DNA of 61,974 nt, filler included, from Chiloscyllium plagiosum (lineage: Eukaryota), in assembly GCF_004010195.1 (NCBI RefSeq). It is 3 parts of one record of this genome, joined end to end, with 100 filler letters (N's around TTAATTAATTAA, not from the genome) between each part and the next. Parts side by side here need not be neighbours in the genome. Positions count along the whole stretch, not along the records: positions 44,571 to 61,974 come from NC_057712.1; 2 more parts are not named here. The stretch is one strand, 5' to 3'. Numbering within the stretch: position 1 is the first letter of the stretch; each line of letters opens with the position of its first letter. Both the position numbers and the translations under genes were made by a program. A model generated the notes under the pieces. That model was given only the letters and a program-made list of their open reading frames with translations, made no database searches and was not told where the DNA came from. Below are positions 60,410-61,974 of the stretch, in pieces.

Positions 60410-61220
60410 GAATCTATCTTCAAGTGGATCAACAACCCAGCATCCTCTGGTTGGATGTTCTTTCTGCTGTTTGTCACCGGGAATGATCCTCCACGATACC
60501 TTCATGCTCGTACTGACTGCAAAGTTCACTCCCAAAATGCAAACAAGCGATGACTCAGCACCTTCTGGTTGGATGTCTCTTGTTGATAGTAGAGAATATG
60601 GCAATGGTGATGCTATTGGACATAAAAGGGTGATAGTTAGTTTCTCTCCTGTTACAGTTGTTCATTGCTTATTGCATGTGTGATGCAAAATTTATTCCTT
60701 CCCAACTGTAAGTCACTGTCAATAATTGTTTTGTCCTGCTTGTGGCTAAGGGCATATTTATGGATGGTGATGGCACGATCTGGGACACTCTCTGTAAGGT
60801 ACAGTTCTGTGTGTGTCAATTCATTTGGTCATGGGACAGTTCTTCTAATTTTGGCACTTGCCCCCAGTTGTTGGTAAGGAGATTTATCAAGATCAACAGA
60901 TTTGTGATTTCCATTGTCGTTTCTGTTGTCTCAGTTGACGTCTGATTCTTCATAGCTTTAGATAGCCATTAAGAGTCTGAAGCCAGATGTAGACTAAACC
61001 AGGCGAATGTGGCAGTTATCTTTCCCTAAAGGAATGGAGCAAATGAGATGGATGTGTGCAACAATCAACAATAGATTACTACTGTGCCAGCTTTTAATTC
61101 TGGGTTTCATTGAATTAAAATGTTGCCATCTGCCACACCGTGATTCAAAAGCATGTTCTCAGAATATTAATCAGGGACTCTGTATTACTAATCCATTTAT
61201 AAGTCACATCACATCACATT
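60410..61220 (-). mobile_element. Old LINE 5' region (SINE-like head then APE remnant), family unassigned
   Basis: TELYLTESVPDRAITIHKYALSHKQD resembles an APE N-terminus; the upstream ~250 bp resembles a recurrent shark repeat head. Confidence 0.45.
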
Positions 61221-61717
61221 GCATGTCTCTCCCTCTCTTTCTCTTGCTCTCCCTTTCTCTTTCTCTCTCACCTCTGTAAACTACCATATTGAGCTCAACA
61301 TTTAATGAGTTTGGAACTCAGTCAAATATTCAATTAGTTTTAGATGCAAAGCTGTGAAAGCAGAGCATTTTGTGTGATTGTGAAGCTAGTTACCTGGTTA
61401 GTTTTTCAAAAGCTATTTAATAGTAGACTCTAAGCACATGTTTAGTTTTTTCAAAGTTAAAACACATACCTAGATTGTCGAAGTCAAGGCTGAGGTCCAC
61501 ATGACACGCCACAGTTTGATCTTTTATGCTAATGTGCAAGAATCCTTTTTCCACTGGAGAAAATAGTTGATCACATTTGAACACTGTTATAATTTGATGA
61601 GAATTTACCTTTTAACAATAGAACTCTATGATGAATCACTGTTAAAATGTTTTTGGGTTATTACACAACATGTAATTATGACCTTTGAATTTAGCAAGAC
61701 CCTTTAAACTTGCCTGG

Positions 61718-61974
61718 TTTAGTGGTGTTGGAAGAGCACAGCAGTTCAGGCAGCATCCGAGGAGCAGTAAAATCGACGTTTCGGGCAAAAGCCCTTCATC
61801 AGGTATACAAGCAGGGAGCCTGAACGGTGGAGAGGAGGGTGGGGGTGGGGAGAAAGTAGCATAGAGTACAAAAGGTGAGTGGGGGAGGGGATGAAGGTGA
61901 TAGGTCGGCGGGGGGAGGGGGGAGTGGATAGGTGGAAAAGATGATAGGCAGGTAGGACAAGTCATGGTGACAGT
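61718..61974 (-). mobile_element. Penelope-like pLTR (family 1b), runs off the window
   Basis: Matches 44855-45120; intact hammerhead core at ~61775-61802. Confidence 0.85.

Larger units (their letters stand above)
55611..60410 (-). mobile_element. Tx1-clade LINE: ORF1 C-terminus, near-complete ORF2 and 3' end
   Basis: ORF2 start MGIKIASINV at 59326; APE (LFLQE, SRID, DH); RT (NWRPISLLNADYKI, RQGCPLSPALF, YMDD); zinc knuckle (ETVTHLLLEC); poly(A) at 55611. Confidence 0.92.

Overview
This is repeat-dense vertebrate DNA, almost certainly from a cartilaginous fish: it carries HE1-type V-SINEs with (TAATC)n tails and HER1-like CR1 LINEs. I found no intact host protein-coding gene; the recognisable ORFs in the track are transposon fragments. 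The one host gene I recognise is a mir-30 family microRNA hairpin (minus strand, ~11169-11241) in a CpG-retaining unique island, downstream of a consensus splice donor. The rest is nested mobile DNA: many CR1 pieces, eight HE1 SINEs, an L1, three Tx1 LINEs, two pogo/Tigger-like MITEs, and two Gypsy remnants (one with the Gmr1-type INT-RT-RH order, one with a Gmr1-like gag). There is also a degenerate endogenous retrovirus (tRNA-Ser PBS, class III/loki-like RT motifs) inserted into an ~88-bp satellite with a dyad-symmetric core. At least three families of Penelope-like pLTR insertions are present, many as foldbacks with 9-16 bp TSDs and carrying minimal hammerhead ribozyme motifs. Two 100-bp N gaps contain an artificial TTAATTAATTAA linker, so contiguity across them is uncertain. 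Boundaries of degenerate repeats are approximate, and family names come from motif recognition, not database searches.
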